Origin: Escherichia coli
GTDB lineage: Bacteria; Pseudomonadota; Gammaproteobacteria; Enterobacterales; Enterobacteriaceae
Length of the DNA stretch: 64,000 bases
Assembly: GCF_013122565.1 (NCBI RefSeq)
Contig: NZ_CP053258.1
Strand: one strand, 5' to 3'
Under the pieces are notes generated by a model that saw only the letters and a list, made by a program, of their open reading frames with translations, was not told where the DNA came from and did no database searches. Below, piece after piece: positions 50,337 through 62,347 of this stretch. Within the stretch, counting starts at the first letter, position 1; every line of letters begins with the position of its first letter. A program made the position numbers and the translations under genes.

Positions 50337-52316
50337 ATGAATCGTTTTATTATGGCCAACAGTCAGCAATGTCTGGGTTGTCATGCTTGTGAAATCGCCT
50401 GTGTCATGGCTCACAATGATGAGCAACATGTCCTGAGCCAACACCATTTTCATCCCCGAATTACGGTTATCAAACATCAACAGCAACGTAGTGCAGTGAC
50501 CTGTCACCATTGTGAAGATGCGCCCTGCGCCCGTAGCTGCCCTAATGGCGCAATCAGCCACGTTGATGACAGCATTCAGGTCAATCAGCAAAAGTGTATT
50601 GGCTGTAAATCCTGCGTGGTGGCCTGTCCGTTTGGTACGATGCAAATCGTCCTGACACCCGTCGCGGCAGGAAAAGTAAAAGCCACGGCGCATAAATGCG
50701 ACCTTTGTGCAGGGCGCGAAAACGGTCCTGCCTGTGTTGAGAATTGCCCGGCGGACGCGCTGCAGCTGGTCACTGACGTCGCACTCTCCGGCATGGCGAA
50801 ATCCCGCCGCTTGCGCACCGCACGTCAGGAGCATCAACCGTGGCATGCCAGTACCGCTGCACAAGAAATGCCGGTAATGAGTAAAGTCGAACAAATGCAG
50901 GCAACGCCCGCGCGTGGCGAGCCGGATAAACTGGCGATTGAAGCGCGCAAAACCGGTTTTGATGAAATTTATCTGCCATTTCGCGCCGACCAGGCACAAC
51001 GGGAAGCCTCGCGCTGCCTTAAGTGCGGCGAGCACAGCGTTTGTGAATGGACCTGCCCGCTGCATAACCATATTCCGCAGTGGATTGAACTGGTGAAAGC
51101 CGGAAACATCGACGCCGCCGTCGAGCTTTCTCACCAGACCAACACCCTGCCGGAAATTACCGGACGCGTTTGTCCGCAAGACCGTTTGTGTGAAGGTGCC
51201 TGTACTATTCGCGATGAGCACGGCGCGGTAACTATCGGCAACATTGAACGCTATATTTCAGATCAGGCGTTGGCGAAAGGTTGGCGTCCTGACTTAAGTC
51301 ATGTCACCAAAGTGGACAAGCGGGTGGCGATTATCGGGGCAGGTCCGGCAGGGCTGGCCTGTGCGGATGTTCTGACCCGCAATGGCGTGGCGGTGACGGT
51401 GTACGATCGCCATCCAGAAATCGGTGGCTTGCTCACTTTCGGCATTCCTTCTTTCAAACTGGATAAATCCCTGCTGGCACGCCGTCGGGAAATCTTCAGC
51501 GCGATGGGGATTCACTTCGAACTCAATTGTGAAGTGGGTAAAGATGTCTCTTTGGATTCGCTTTTGGAACAATACGACGCGGTCTTCGTTGGCGTAGGCA
51601 CTTACCGTTCCATGAAAGCGGGTTTACCCAATGAAGATGCGCCGGGCGTTTATGACGCGCTGCCGTTCCTCATTGCCAACACTAAACAGGTGATGGGGCT
51701 CGAAGAGCTACCGGAAGAGCCGTTTATCAATACCGCCGGACTTAACGTCGTGGTACTGGGCGGCGGCGACACCGCGATGGACTGTGTGCGTACTGCGCTG
51801 CGCCACGGCGCGAGTAACGTCACCTGCGCTTATCGTCGTGATGAAGCTAACATGCCAGGCTCGAAGAAAGAAGTGAAGAACGCCCGCGAAGAGGGGGCCA
51901 ACTTCGAATTTAACGTCCAGCCGGTGGCGCTTGAGCTGAATGAACAAGGTCACGTCTGCGGGATTCGTTTCCTGCGCACGCGTCTTGGCGAGCCGGATGC
52001 CCAGGGGCGTCGGCGTCCAGTGCCGGTGGAAGGCAGTGAATTTGTCATGCCAGCCGACGCGGTGATTATGGCGTTTGGCTTCAATCCGCACGGGATGCCG
52101 TGGCTGGAGTCGCACGGTGTAACGGTAGACAAATGGGGCCGCATCATCGCGGATGTGGAAAGCCAGTACCGTTACCAGACCACCAATCCGAAAATCTTCG
52201 CCGGTGGCGACGCCGTGCGTGGTGCGGATCTGGTGGTTACCGCAATGGCAGAAGGACGTCATGCGGCACAGGGGATTATTGACTGGCTGGGGGTAAAATC
52301 AGTCAAATCTCACTGA
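50337..52316 (+). CDS. aegA: Anaerobically expressed Fe-S oxidoreductase (ferredoxin domain plus GltD-like FAD/NAD domain)
   Basis: 659 aa; N-terminal multi-[4Fe-4S] cysteine clusters; C-terminal glutamate-synthase-small-subunit-like domain with GAGPAG dinucleotide fold. Confidence 0.92.
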   Translation: MNRFIMANSQQCLGCHACEIACVMAHNDEQHVLSQHHFHPRITVIKHQQQRSAVTCHHCEDAPCARSCPNGAISHVDDSIQVNQQKCIGCKSCVVACPFGTMQIVLTPVAAGKVKATAHKCDLCAGRENGPACVENCPADALQLVTDVALSGMAKSRRLRTARQEHQPWHASTAAQEMPVMSKVEQMQATPARGEPDKLAIEARKTGFDEIYLPFRADQAQREASRCLKCGEHSVCEWTCPLHNHIPQWIELVKAGNIDAAVELSHQTNTLPEITGRVCPQDRLCEGACTIRDEHGAVTIGNIERYISDQALAKGWRPDLSHVTKVDKRVAIIGAGPAGLACADVLTRNGVAVTVYDRHPEIGGLLTFGIPSFKLDKSLLARRREIFSAMGIHFELNCEVGKDVSLDSLLEQYDAVFVGVGTYRSMKAGLPNEDAPGVYDALPFLIANTKQVMGLEELPEEPFINTAGLNVVVLGGGDTAMDCVRTALRHGASNVTCAYRRDEANMPGSKKEVKNAREEGANFEFNVQPVALELNEQGHVCGIRFLRTRLGEPDAQGRRRPVPVEGSEFVMPADAVIMAFGFNPHGMPWLESHGVTVDKWGRIIADVESQYRYQTTNPKIFAGGDAVRGADLVVTAMAEGRHAAQGIIDWLGVKSVKSH

Positions 52317-52383
52317 TAGCCTGCGCAGACAAACCCGACTTCACAGCGTAAGATAATTGTTCATTTCGCGCTGTGGAGTCGGT

Positions 52384-52959
52384 ATGACGCAACAAATCAC
52401 CCTCATTAAAGACAAAATTCTCTCCGATAACTATTTCACCCTGCACAACATTACCTACGATCTCACGCGCAAAGATGGCGAAGTTATCCGCCATAAACGT
52501 GAAGTTTACGATCGCGGTAATGGTGCGACGATCCTCCTGTACAACGCGAAGAAAAAGACCGTGGTTCTGATTCGTCAGTTCCGTGTCGCTACCTGGGTTA
52601 ATGGCAATGAAAGCGGGCTGCTGATTGAAACCTGCGCCGGGCTGCTGGATAACGACGAACCGGAAGTGTGCATTCGCAAAGAAGCGATTGAAGAGACGGG
52701 CTATGAAGTGGGCGAAGTGCGCAAATTATTTGAACTGTATATGTCGCCTGGCGGTGTGACTGAGCTAATCCACTTTTTTATCGCCGAATACAGTGACAAT
52801 CAGCGCGCTAACGCCGGTGGCGGTGTCGAAGATGAAGATATTGAAGTGCTCGAGCTGCCGTTCAGCCAGGCGCTGGAGATGATCAAAACCGGCGAGATAC
52901 GTGACGGTAAGACGGTGTTATTGCTTAACTATTTGCAAATGTCACATTTAATGGACTGA
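52384..52959 (+). CDS. nudK: GDP-mannose pyrophosphatase (Nudix hydrolase)
   Basis: ORF trimmed to [20 protein letters not shown]... (191 aa); Nudix box (REAIEETGY). Confidence 0.9.
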   Translation: MTQQITLIKDKILSDNYFTLHNITYDLTRKDGEVIRHKREVYDRGNGATILLYNAKKKTVVLIRQFRVATWVNGNESGLLIETCAGLLDNDEPEVCIRKEAIEETGYEVGEVRKLFELYMSPGGVTELIHFFIAEYSDNQRANAGGGVEDEDIEVLELPFSQALEMIKTGEIRDGKTVLLLNYLQMSHLMD

Positions 52960-53084
52960 AAAATAACAATAATATTTCGTTGTTTATTATTGGCTCAATC
53001 CGACAAATCCGATTGAGCCGCGCTACCTGCGCAACGAAGATACGACTTGTGCTGTTTGTTTGAACTTCTGGGGTCGTACCGTCC

Positions 53085-54128
53085 ATGCGCTATCGCATTT
53101 TCCTTCTCTTTTTTTTCGCTTTGTTGCCGACGTCTTTGGTGTGGGCGGCACCAGCGCAACGGGCGTTTTCCGACTGGCAGGTCACCTGTAATAACCAAAA
53201 CTTCTGCGTGGCGCGTAATACGGGCGATCATAATGGACTGGTGATGACCCTGAGCCGCAGCGCCGGGGCGCATACCGATGCCGTTTTACGTATTGAGCGC
53301 GGCGGGTTGAAGTCGCCGGATGCGTCTGAAGGGGAAATTGCGCCACGGCTGCTGTTAGATGGCGAGCCGTTGGCGTTAAGTGGTGACAAGTGGCGGATTT
53401 CACCATGGTTACTAGTAACCGATGATACGGCAACCATCACCGCGTTTTTGCAGCTGATTCAGGAAGGGAAGGCAATCACCTTACGCGATGGCGATCAGAC
53501 CATTTCTCTGAGTGGCTTAAAAGCAGCGTTGTTGTTTATTGATGCTCAGCAAAAGCGCGTTGGCAGTGAAACCGCGTGGATCAAGAAAGGGGACGAACCG
53601 CCGCTCAGCGTACCGCCCGCGCCTGCGCTGAAAGAGGTCGCGGTGGTTAATCCAACGCCGACACCACTCTCACTCGAAGAACGTAACGATTTGCTGGATT
53701 ATGGAAACTGGCGGATGAATGGTCTGCGCTGCTCGCTTGATCCATTGCGTCGAGAGGTGAATGTCACTGCGCTGACTGATGATAAAGCGCTGATGATGAT
53801 TAGCTGTGAGGCAGGGGCCTATAACACCATTGATTTGGCATGGATTGTGTCGCGTAAAAAGCCGCTGGCCTCGCGCCCGGTTCGGTTGCGTTTGCCGTTC
53901 AACAACGGTCAGGAGACGAATGAACTGGAACTGATGAACGCAACATTTGATGAGAAATCGCGTGAGCTGGTGACCTTAGCGAAAGGGCGCGGATTAAGCG
54001 ATTGTGGCATTCAGGCGCGCTGGCGCTTTGACGGTCAGCGTTTTCGCCTGGTGCGTTACGCCGCAGAACCCACCTGCGATAACTGGCATGGGCCAGACGC
54101 CTGGCCCACGCTGTGGATCACCCGTTAA
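53085..54128 (+). CDS. ypfG: Periplasmic DUF1176 protein YpfG
   Basis: 347 aa; signal peptide MRYRIFLLFFFALLPTSLVWA; several Cys residues; function unknown. Confidence 0.85.
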   Translation: MRYRIFLLFFFALLPTSLVWAAPAQRAFSDWQVTCNNQNFCVARNTGDHNGLVMTLSRSAGAHTDAVLRIERGGLKSPDASEGEIAPRLLLDGEPLALSGDKWRISPWLLVTDDTATITAFLQLIQEGKAITLRDGDQTISLSGLKAALLFIDAQQKRVGSETAWIKKGDEPPLSVPPAPALKEVAVVNPTPTPLSLEERNDLLDYGNWRMNGLRCSLDPLRREVNVTALTDDKALMMISCEAGAYNTIDLAWIVSRKKPLASRPVRLRLPFNNGQETNELELMNATFDEKSRELVTLAKGRGLSDCGIQARWRFDGQRFRLVRYAAEPTCDNWHGPDAWPTLWITR

Positions 54129-54146
54129 ACAAAATAGCGGGGACAT

Positions 54147-54216
54147 GTAGACCGGATAAGACGCTGTAGGCCGGATAAGACGCGTCAGCGTCGCATCCGG
54201 CAATCAGCATCCGGCG
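54147..54216. repeat. REP element cluster between ypfG and tktB
   Basis: gtagaccggataagacgctgtaggccggataagacgcgtcagcgtcgcatccggcaatcagcatccggcg. Confidence 0.8.
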
Positions 54217-54223
54217 ATCACCA

Positions 54224-56227
54224 TCAGGCACCTTTCACTCCCAGCACCTTATGCGCTTTTGCCACAATATTCTCGGCGGTAAAGCCAAAGAACGGGAACA
54301 GCTTATCGGCCGGAGCAGATTCCCCGTAACCCGTCATCCCGACAATTGCCCCTTTCAGACCAACATATTTGTACCAGTAATCGGCGATGCCCGCTTCTAC
54401 CGCCACGCGAGCCGCAACGTTAGAAGGCAACACCGACTCCCGATATTCCTCATCCTGGGCGTCGAAAATATCGGTCGAGGGCAGGGAAACCACGCGAACA
54501 TTGCGACCTTCTCCCGCTAATTTCTCCGCCGCTTGCAGGGTGATTTCCATCTCTGAACCGGTGGCAATCAGAATAATATCCGGCTTGCCGCCGCTGTCTT
54601 TCAGCACATAACCGCCACGAGCAATCTCTTTAACCTGATCCGGCGTACGTTCTACCTGTGCCAGATTCTGCCTGGAGAGGATCAGTGCTGTCGGTCCGTT
54701 GTGGCGCTCAACCGCCAGCTTCCAGCCAACCGCCGCTTCCACCTGATCGCACGGTCGCCAGGTGCTGAAATTTGGCGTTAAGCGCAGACTAGCCAGTTGC
54801 TCAACAGCCTGGTGCGTCGGACCATCTTCGCCCAGACCAATTGAGTCGTGGGTATAAACCATAATCTGCCGCGCTTTCATCAGTGCCGCCATCCGCGCTG
54901 CGTTACGGGCGTATTCAACAAACATCAGGAACGTCGCGGTATACGGCACAAAGCCGCCGTGGTGCGCAATGCCGTTGGCGATAGCGGTCATGCCAAATTC
55001 ACGCACCCCGTAGTGAATGTAGTTGCCCGCCGGATCTTCCTTCAGCGAAACAGAACCTTTCCAGATGGTCAGGTTGCTGGGAGCCAGATCCGCCGAACCG
55101 CCGAGCAACTCAGGCAGCATCGGCCCGTAAGCGTTAAGCGTATTTTGCGAAGCCTTACGGGTAGCAATTTTCGCCGGATTTGCCTGTAACTCATTGATAT
55201 ATTTCTGAGTCGTTTTCTCCCAGTCCTTCGGTAAACCACCGCTCATCCGACGGGTAAACTCTTCTGCCAGTTGCGGATGGGCCTTTTTATAGGCGGCAAA
55301 CTTCTCATTCCAGCTCTGCTGCGCTTTTTCGCCTTTTTCGCGGGCATCCCAGGCGTGATAAATCTCTTTAGGGATCTCAAATGGCGGATGGTGCCAGCCC
55401 AGTTTTTGCCGTGCCAGCGCCACTTCTTCTTCCCCCAGCGGTGCGCCGTGCGCCTCTTCCTTACCTGCTTTATTCGGCGAACCAAAGCCAATCACCGTAC
55501 GGCAGATAATCAGCGACGGCTTATCTTTCACGCTTTGCGCTTCAAGGATCGCTTCCTTCACCGCCTGCGGATCGTGACCGTCGATTTCATGGATCACATG
55601 CCAGTGATAGGCTTCAAAACGTTTTGCCGTATCGTCGGTAAACCAGCCTTCGGTTTCTCCATCAATCGAAATACCGTTGTGATCGTAAAAACCAATCAGC
55701 TTGCCCAGTCCCAGCGTGCCCGCCAGCGAACAGACTTCGTGGGAAATACCTTCCATCAGGCAGCCGTCGCCCATAAACACATAGGTGAAGTGATCGACAA
55801 TTTCATGATCTGGCTGGTTAAACTGCGCCGCCAGCGTACGCTCTGCTATCGCCAGCCCGACGGCGTTCGCCAAACCTTGTCCAAGTGGACCGGTGGTGGT
55901 TTCAACACCAGGCGTATAGCCGATTTCCGGGTGGCCTGGGGTTTTTGAATGCAACTGACGGAAGTTCTTCAGTTCTTCCAGCGGCAGGTCGTAACCGGTC
56001 AGATGCAGCAAACTGTAGAGCAGCATCGACGCGTGACCGTTGGAAAGAATAAAGCGGTCGCGATCATACCAGGTTGGGTCGGTAGGATTATGTTTAAGAA
56101 AATCGTTCCACAGCACTTCGGCAATATCAGCCATGCCCATCGGCGCGCCGGGATGACCAGAATTGGCTTTTTGTACCGCATCCATACTGAGTGCGCGAAT
56201 CGCATTGGCAAGGTCTTTTCGGGACAT
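54224..56227 (-). CDS. tktB: Transketolase 2
   Basis: ORF 54224..56290 trimmed to [31 protein letters not shown]... (667 aa). Confidence 0.95.
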   Translation of the reverse strand: MSRKDLANAIRALSMDAVQKANSGHPGAPMGMADIAEVLWNDFLKHNPTDPTWYDRDRFILSNGHASMLLYSLLHLTGYDLPLEELKNFRQLHSKTPGHPEIGYTPGVETTTGPLGQGLANAVGLAIAERTLAAQFNQPDHEIVDHFTYVFMGDGCLMEGISHEVCSLAGTLGLGKLIGFYDHNGISIDGETEGWFTDDTAKRFEAYHWHVIHEIDGHDPQAVKEAILEAQSVKDKPSLIICRTVIGFGSPNKAGKEEAHGAPLGEEEVALARQKLGWHHPPFEIPKEIYHAWDAREKGEKAQQSWNEKFAAYKKAHPQLAEEFTRRMSGGLPKDWEKTTQKYINELQANPAKIATRKASQNTLNAYGPMLPELLGGSADLAPSNLTIWKGSVSLKEDPAGNYIHYGVREFGMTAIANGIAHHGGFVPYTATFLMFVEYARNAARMAALMKARQIMVYTHDSIGLGEDGPTHQAVEQLASLRLTPNFSTWRPCDQVEAAVGWKLAVERHNGPTALILSRQNLAQVERTPDQVKEIARGGYVLKDSGGKPDIILIATGSEMEITLQAAEKLAGEGRNVRVVSLPSTDIFDAQDEEYRESVLPSNVAARVAVEAGIADYWYKYVGLKGAIVGMTGYGESAPADKLFPFFGFTAENIVAKAHKVLGVKGA

Positions 56228-56246
56228 ATAACACTCCGTGGCTGGT

Positions 56247-57197
56247 TTATAGTTTGGCGGCAAGAAGATCTTCCAGTTTGCGTTGATCAACGGCGAACAG
56301 ACGAATGCCTTCAGACAGTTTTTCTACCGCCATCGCATCCTGATTGTGCTCCCAACGGAACTCCGCTTCGCTCATGGGAGCTGGGCGTGGGAACGTCTGA
56401 GAAGGTGGGATTAATTTACGTACCACTGGCGAAACTTTTTCCTGCAGCTCCTTCAGCAAATTCGGTGCGATAGTCAGTCGATCGCAGCCGGTTAAGGCGA
56501 GGATTTGTTCGGTGCGACGGAAGCTCGCGCCCATCACAATGGTTTCATAGTGGTGTTGCTTATAGTAGTCGTAGATATTGCGCACCGATTTAACGCCCGG
56601 ATCTTCTTCCACCACATACGGGTCCATCGGCTTGCGTGCCTGATACCAGTCATAAATACGCCCGACAAACGGCGAAATCAGAAAAACGCCCGCTTCTGCA
56701 CAGGCCCGCGCCTGGGCAAAAGAAAACAGCAGCGTCAGGTTGCAGTTAATACCTTCTTTTTCCAGCTCTTCGGCCGCGCGAATTCCTTCCCAGGTCGAAG
56801 CCAGTTTGATCAAAATGCGTGATTTCTCAACGCCTTGTTGCTGATACAAGTCCACCAGATGGCGCGCCTTCTCAATACTCTTTTCTTTATCAAAAGAGAG
56901 GCGTGCATCAACTTCTGTTGACACGCGACCGGGTACGATTTTGAGAATTTCAGCACCGAAATTGACTGCCAGTTTGTCACACGCTGCGACCACCTGTTGT
57001 TCCTGGGTCTTGCCATTTTTTTTACCCCAGGCGATAGCATCGTCTATTAAATGCTCATATTGTGATAATCCGGCAGCCTTGAGTAACAGCGAAGGATTGG
57101 TGGTGGCATCCTGGGGATGATAATGGCGAATGGACTCAATATCGCCGCTGTCTGCCACGACAGTGGTGAACTGTTTGATGCCGTCTAACTCGTTCAT
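56247..57197 (-). CDS. talA: Transaldolase A
   Basis: 316 aa; [38 protein letters not shown]...; 19 bp upstream of tktB (talA-tktB operon). Confidence 0.95.
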   Translation of the reverse strand: MNELDGIKQFTTVVADSGDIESIRHYHPQDATTNPSLLLKAAGLSQYEHLIDDAIAWGKKNGKTQEQQVVAACDKLAVNFGAEILKIVPGRVSTEVDARLSFDKEKSIEKARHLVDLYQQQGVEKSRILIKLASTWEGIRAAEELEKEGINCNLTLLFSFAQARACAEAGVFLISPFVGRIYDWYQARKPMDPYVVEEDPGVKSVRNIYDYYKQHHYETIVMGASFRRTEQILALTGCDRLTIAPNLLKELQEKVSPVVRKLIPPSQTFPRPAPMSEAEFRWEHNQDAMAVEKLSEGIRLFAVDQRKLEDLLAAKL

Positions 57198-57485
57198 AGG
57201 AAATACTCCTTGAAAAGTAAAGTGTTAGATGAGTGCGTTAATTCACACTTCTGAGAAATTTCGCTAAACGCATCAAAAAAGCATAGCAGACAGGCATGGT
57301 ATTGCTGGATTAAGCAGGTAACATCAGTGTTATAGGATTATTACCAAAACATTATATTAATGGTGAGAGTTTGGACTTGCTCAAAGTCTGTAGACTCCGG
57401 CAAGGTAATAATGTGCGCCACGTTGTGGGCAGGGGCTGTGGCCCACACACTTTATTTGTGAACGTTACGTGAAAGGAACAACCAA

Positions 57486-59765
57486 ATGGATGACCAGTTA
57501 AAACAAAGTGCACTTGATTTCCATGAATTTCCAGTTCCAGGGAAAATCCAGGTTTCTCCAACCAAGCCTCTGGCAACGCAGCGCGATCTGGCGCTGGCCT
57601 ACTCACCAGGCGTTGCCGCACCTTGTCTTGAAATCGAAAAAGACCCGTTAAAAGCCTACAAATATACCGCGCGCGGTAACCTGGTGGCGGTGATCTCTAA
57701 CGGTACGGCGGTGCTGGGGTTAGGCAACATTGGCGCGCTGGCAGGCAAACCGGTGATGGAAGGCAAGGGCGTTCTGTTTAAGAAATTCGCCGGGATTGAT
57801 GTATTTGACATTGAAGTCGATGAACTCGACCCGGACAAATTTATTGAAGTCGTCGCTGCGCTCGAACCGACCTTCGGCGGAATCAACCTCGAAGACATTA
57901 AAGCGCCAGAATGTTTCTATATTGAACAGAAACTGCGCGAGCGGATGAATATTCCGGTATTCCACGACGATCAGCACGGCACGGCAATCATCAGCACTGC
58001 CGCCATCCTCAACGGCTTGCGCGTGGTGGAGAAAAACATCTCCGACGTGCGGATGGTGGTTTCCGGCGCGGGTGCCGCAGCAATCGCCTGTATGAACCTG
58101 CTGGTCGCGCTGGGGCTGCAAAAACATAACATCGTGGTTTGCGATTCAAAAGGCGTTATCTATCAGGGCCGTGAGCCAAACATGGCGGAAACCAAAGCCG
58201 CATATGCGGTGGTGGATGACGGTAAACGTACCCTCGATGATGTAATTGAAGGTGCGGATATTTTCCTCGGCTGTTCCGGCCCGAAAGTGCTGACCCAGGA
58301 AATGGTGAAGAAAATGGCTCGGGCACCAATGATCCTGGCGCTGGCGAATCCGGAACCGGAAATTCTGCCGCCGCTGGCGAAAGAAGTGCGTCCGGATGCC
58401 ATCATTTGCACCGGTCGTTCTGACTATCCAAACCAGGTCAACAACGTCCTTTGCTTCCCGTTTATCTTCCGTGGCGCGCTGGACGTTGGCGCAACGGCTA
58501 TCAATGAAGAGATGAAACTGGCGGCAGTACGCGCGATTGCGGAACTGGCCCACGCCGAACAGAGCGAAGTGGTGGCTTCTGCGTATGGCGATCAGGATCT
58601 TAGCTTTGGCCCTGAATACATCATTCCAAAACCGTTCGATCCGCGCTTGATCGTTAAGATCGCTCCTGCGGTCGCGAAAGCGGCGATGGAGTCGGGCGTG
58701 GCGACGCGTCCGATTGCTGATTTCGACGTCTACATCGACAAGCTGACTGAGTTCGTTTACAAAACCAACCTGTTTATGAAGCCGATTTTCTCCCAGGCTC
58801 GCAAAGCGCCGAAGCGCGTAGTTCTGCCGGAAGGGGAAGAGGCGCGCGTTCTGCATGCCACTCAGGAACTGGTAACGCTGGGACTGGCGAAACCGATCCT
58901 TATCGGTCGTCCGAACGTGATCGAAATGCGCATTCAGAAACTGGGCTTGCAGATCAAAGCGGGCGTTGATTTTGAGATCGTCAATAACGAATCCGATCCG
59001 CGCTTTAAAGAGTACTGGACCGAATACTTCCAGATCATGAAGCGTCGCGGCGTCACTCAGGAACAGGCGCAGCGGGCGCTGATCAGTAACCCGACAGTGA
59101 TCGGCGCGATCATGGTTCAGCGTGGCGAAGCCGATGCAATGATTTGCGGTACGGTGGGTGATTATCATGAACATTTTAGCGTGGTGAAAAATGTCTTTGG
59201 TTATCGCGATGGCGTTCACACCGCAGGTGCCATGAACGCGCTGCTGCTGCCGAGTGGTAACACCTTTATTGCCGATACATATGTTAATGATGAACCGGAT
59301 GCAGAAGAGCTGGCGGAGATCACCTTGATGGCGGCAGAAACTGTCCGTCGTTTTGGTATTGAGCCGCGTGTTGCTCTGTTGTCGCACTCCAACTTTGGTT
59401 CTTCTGACTGCCCGTCGTCGAGCAAAATGCGTCAGGCGCTGGAACTGGTCAGGGATAGTGCGCCAGATCTGATGATTGATGGTGAAATGCACGGCGATGC
59501 AGCGCTGGTGGAAGCGATTCGCAATGACCGTATGCCGGACAGCCCTTTGAAAGGTTCCGCCAATATTCTGGTAATGCCAAACATGGAAGCTGCCCGCATT
59601 AGTTACAACTTACTGCGCGTTTCCAGCTCGGAAGGTGTGACTGTCGGTCCGGTGCTGATGGGCGTGGCGAAACCGGTTCACGTGTTAACGCCGATCGCAT
59701 CGGTACGTCGTATCGTCAACATGGTGGCGCTGGCCGTGGTTGAAGCGCAAACCCAACCGCTGTAA
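57486..59765 (+). CDS. maeB: NADP-dependent malic enzyme (malic enzyme fused to PTA-like domain)
   Basis: 759 aa; [35 protein letters not shown]... Confidence 0.95.
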   Translation: MDDQLKQSALDFHEFPVPGKIQVSPTKPLATQRDLALAYSPGVAAPCLEIEKDPLKAYKYTARGNLVAVISNGTAVLGLGNIGALAGKPVMEGKGVLFKKFAGIDVFDIEVDELDPDKFIEVVAALEPTFGGINLEDIKAPECFYIEQKLRERMNIPVFHDDQHGTAIISTAAILNGLRVVEKNISDVRMVVSGAGAAAIACMNLLVALGLQKHNIVVCDSKGVIYQGREPNMAETKAAYAVVDDGKRTLDDVIEGADIFLGCSGPKVLTQEMVKKMARAPMILALANPEPEILPPLAKEVRPDAIICTGRSDYPNQVNNVLCFPFIFRGALDVGATAINEEMKLAAVRAIAELAHAEQSEVVASAYGDQDLSFGPEYIIPKPFDPRLIVKIAPAVAKAAMESGVATRPIADFDVYIDKLTEFVYKTNLFMKPIFSQARKAPKRVVLPEGEEARVLHATQELVTLGLAKPILIGRPNVIEMRIQKLGLQIKAGVDFEIVNNESDPRFKEYWTEYFQIMKRRGVTQEQAQRALISNPTVIGAIMVQRGEADAMICGTVGDYHEHFSVVKNVFGYRDGVHTAGAMNALLLPSGNTFIADTYVNDEPDAEELAEITLMAAETVRRFGIEPRVALLSHSNFGSSDCPSSSKMRQALELVRDSAPDLMIDGEMHGDAALVEAIRNDRMPDSPLKGSANILVMPNMEAARISYNLLRVSSSEGVTVGPVLMGVAKPVHVLTPIASVRRIVNMVALAVVEAQTQPL

Positions 59766-60055
59766 TTCTTTTTTAACTCTCACGCTTACCCTGAATATTC
59801 AGGGTAAGCGGTTTAGCTGCAATATATTAGTAAAGCTTATTACTGAGTTTACGAATAATAAAAAAAGCAATATAAAATATCTCGATATTATTTTATTTAT
59901 ATTCATGCGTCGCATATGAAAGTTTATTCATAACAGTAAATATCTCTCCATTCTTAGTGATCTACCTCACCTTTTAAACGTGCTTGCCGAATTTTGTTAT
60001 TTACTCTGACGAAAAATTGTCACGATACACGAAAGTTTTTCACAGGCGGCGACTC

Positions 60056-60391
60056 ATGGATAAAGAACGCATCATTCAGGAATTTGTGCCCGGCAAACAG
60101 GTCACACTGGCGCATCTCATCGCGCATCCCGGCGAGGAACTGGCGAAGAAAATCGGCGTTCCGGATGCTGGCGCAATCGGCATTATGACGTTAACTCCTG
60201 GCGAAACGGCGATGATCGCCGGTGATTTAGCACTGAAAGCCGCCGATGTGCATATCGGTTTTCTCGACCGTTTTAGCGGCGCGCTGGTGATTTATGGCTC
60301 GGTGGGTGCAGTAGAAGAAGCGTTATCACAAACCGTCAGTGGTTTAGGTCGCTTATTAAATTATACGCTTTGTGAAATGACCAAAAGTTAA
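60056..60391 (+). CDS. eutS: Ethanolamine-utilisation microcompartment shell protein (permuted BMC domain)
   Basis: ORF trimmed to [34 protein letters not shown]... (111 aa). Confidence 0.9.
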
Positions 60392-60403
60392 TACGAGGCA
60401 TTC

Positions 60404-60883
60404 ATGAAACGAATTGCGTTTGTGGGTACCGTCGGGGCAGGGAAAACAACGTTATTTAATGCGTTGCAGGGGAATTATACCCTCGCCAGAAAAACACAGG
60501 CCGTGGAATTTAATGATAAGGGCGATATTGATACGCCGGGTGAATATTTTAGCCATCCCCGCTGGTATCACGCCTTAATTACCACGCTACAGGATGTGGA
60601 CATGCTGATCTATGTCCACGGCGCGAATGACCCGGAAAGTCGGTTGCCTGCCGGGTTGCTGGATATTGGCGTCAGCAAACGGCAAATCGCCGTCATCAGT
60701 AAAACGGACATGCCAGATGCTGACGTCGCCGCAACGCGAAAGTTATTGCTTGAGACGGGCTTCGAAGAGCCGATTTTCGAGCTAAACAGCCACGACCCGC
60801 AAAGCGTGCAGCAACTGGTGGATTATCTGGCATCTCTCACCAAACAGGAGGAAGCAGGTGAAAAAACTCATCACAGCGAATGA
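60404..60883 (+). CDS. eutP: Ethanolamine-utilisation P-loop protein EutP
   Basis: 159 aa; Walker A GTVGAGKTT. Confidence 0.9.
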   Translation: MKRIAFVGTVGAGKTTLFNALQGNYTLARKTQAVEFNDKGDIDTPGEYFSHPRWYHALITTLQDVDMLIYVHGANDPESRLPAGLLDIGVSKRQIAVISKTDMPDADVAATRKLLLETGFEEPIFELNSHDPQSVQQLVDYLASLTKQEEAGEKTHHSE

Positions 60884-61547
60884 TATTCGTGAAGCACACG
60901 CGCGTGGCGAACAGGCAATGTCCGTGGTTCTGCGCGCCAGCATTATTACCCCGGAAGCCCGTGAAGTGGCGGACCTGCTGGGTTTTACCATCACTGAATG
61001 CGAGGAATCGACACCAGCAACGGTATCTGTGCCCGTAGAGAAAACCGAAAGCCAGCGCATCCGCGAAACCATCATTGCCCAGCTGCCGGAAGGCCAGTTT
61101 ACCGAAAGCCTGGTCGCGCAGTTGATGGAAAAAGTGATGAAGGAAAAACAGTCGCTGGAGCAGGGTGCAATGCAGCCGAGCTTTAAATCGGTGACCGGCA
61201 AAGGCGGCATCAAAGTTATTGATGGTAGCAGCGTCAAGTTTGGTCGCTTTGATGGCGCACAACCGCATTGCGTGGGCTTGACTGATCTTGTGACCGGAGA
61301 CGACGGCAGCAGCATGGCCGCCGGTTTTATGCAGTGGGACAACGCCTTCTTCCCGTGGACCCTGAACTACGACGAAATCGACATGGTGCTGGAAGGGGAG
61401 CTGCATGTTCGCCACGAAGGCGAAACCATGATCGCCAAAGCAGGCGACGTGATGTTTATCCCGAAAGGCTCCAGCATCGAATTTGGTACGACATCCAGCG
61501 TGAAATTCCTGTATGTCGCCTGGCCGGCTAACTGGCAATCCCTATGA
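60858..61547 (+). CDS. eutQ: Ethanolamine-utilisation cupin-fold protein EutQ
   Basis: ORF begins at GTG 60858 (VKKLITANDIREAHARGEQ...) after a GGAGGAAG RBS; overlaps the eutP 3' end by 26 nt; exact start uncertain. Confidence 0.85.
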   Translation: MKKLITANDIREAHARGEQAMSVVLRASIITPEAREVADLLGFTITECEESTPATVSVPVEKTESQRIRETIIAQLPEGQFTESLVAQLMEKVMKEKQSLEQGAMQPSFKSVTGKGGIKVIDGSSVKFGRFDGAQPHCVGLTDLVTGDDGSSMAAGFMQWDNAFFPWTLNYDEIDMVLEGELHVRHEGETMIAKAGDVMFIPKGSSIEFGTTSSVKFLYVAWPANWQSL

Positions 61548-62347
61548 AAGATTTCATCACCGAAGCATGGCTAAGAGCGAACCATACGCTCAGCGAAGGC
61601 GCAGAGATCCATCTCCCTGCGGACAGTCGCCTGACGCCCTCTGCCCGGGAGTTGCTGGAAAGCCGCCATCTGCGCATCAAGTTTATTGACGAGCAGGGCC
61701 GCCTGTTTGTTGACGATGAACAGCAGCAGCCGCAGCCCGTTCATGGGCTGACCAGTAGCGATGAACATCCGCAGGCGTGCTGCGAACTGTGCCGCCAGCC
61801 GGTGGCAAAAAAGCCGGATACGCTGACTCACCTGTCGGCGGAAAAAATGGTCGCCAAAAGCGATCCGCGCCTGGGTTTTCGCGCGGTTCTCGACAGCACC
61901 ATTGCGCTGGCAGTGTGGCTGCAAATTGAACTGGCAGAACCGTGGCAGCCATGGCTGGCGGACATCCGCTCGCGTCTTGGCAACATTATGCGTGCCGATG
62001 CGCTGGGGGAACCGTTGGGCTGCCAGGCGATTGTCGGGCTTTCTGACGAAGATCTGCATCGGCTTTCTCACCAGCCGCTGCGCTATCTCGACCACGATCA
62101 TCTGGTGCCGGAAGCCAGCCACGGGCGCGATGCTGCGTTGCTGAATCTGCTACGCACCAAAGTGCGGGAAACCGAAACCGTAGCGGCGCAGGTGTTTATC
62201 ACCCGCAGCTTTGAAGTATTACGCCCGGACATCTTGCAGGCGCTGAACCGCCTTTCGAGCACGGTCTACGTGATGATGATCCTGAGCGTAACGAAGCAGC
62301 CGCTAACGGTGAAGCAGATCCAACAACGACTGGGGGAAACGCAATGA
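61544..62347 (+). CDS. eutT: Ethanolamine-utilisation corrinoid adenosyltransferase
   Basis: 267 aa; [37 protein letters not shown]...; 4-nt overlap with eutQ. Confidence 0.9.
   Translation: MKDFITEAWLRANHTLSEGAEIHLPADSRLTPSARELLESRHLRIKFIDEQGRLFVDDEQQQPQPVHGLTSSDEHPQACCELCRQPVAKKPDTLTHLSAEKMVAKSDPRLGFRAVLDSTIALAVWLQIELAEPWQPWLADIRSRLGNIMRADALGEPLGCQAIVGLSDEDLHRLSHQPLRYLDHDHLVPEASHGRDAALLNLLRTKVRETETVAAQVFITRSFEVLRPDILQALNRLSSTVYVMMILSVTKQPLTVKQIQQRLGETQ

Noticed and set aside
50313-51221. 302-aa minus-strand ORF inside aegA, and similar long antisense ORFs in hyfG (25921..26688), tktB (55271..56473), eutQ (60837..61538) and eutT (61571..62122)
   Set aside because: All lie antisense to strongly supported genes in GC-rich coding sequence and have no recognisable motifs; they are treated as artefacts.
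58146-59492. 448-aa minus-strand ORF inside maeB
   Set aside because: Antisense shadow of maeB; the translation is Arg/Phe/His-rich with no domain signature.
59781-59806. Hairpin cttaccctgaatattcagggtaag after maeB as an intrinsic terminator
   Set aside because: It is followed by cggtttagctg rather than a T-tract; it may contribute to termination but is not convincing enough to annotate.
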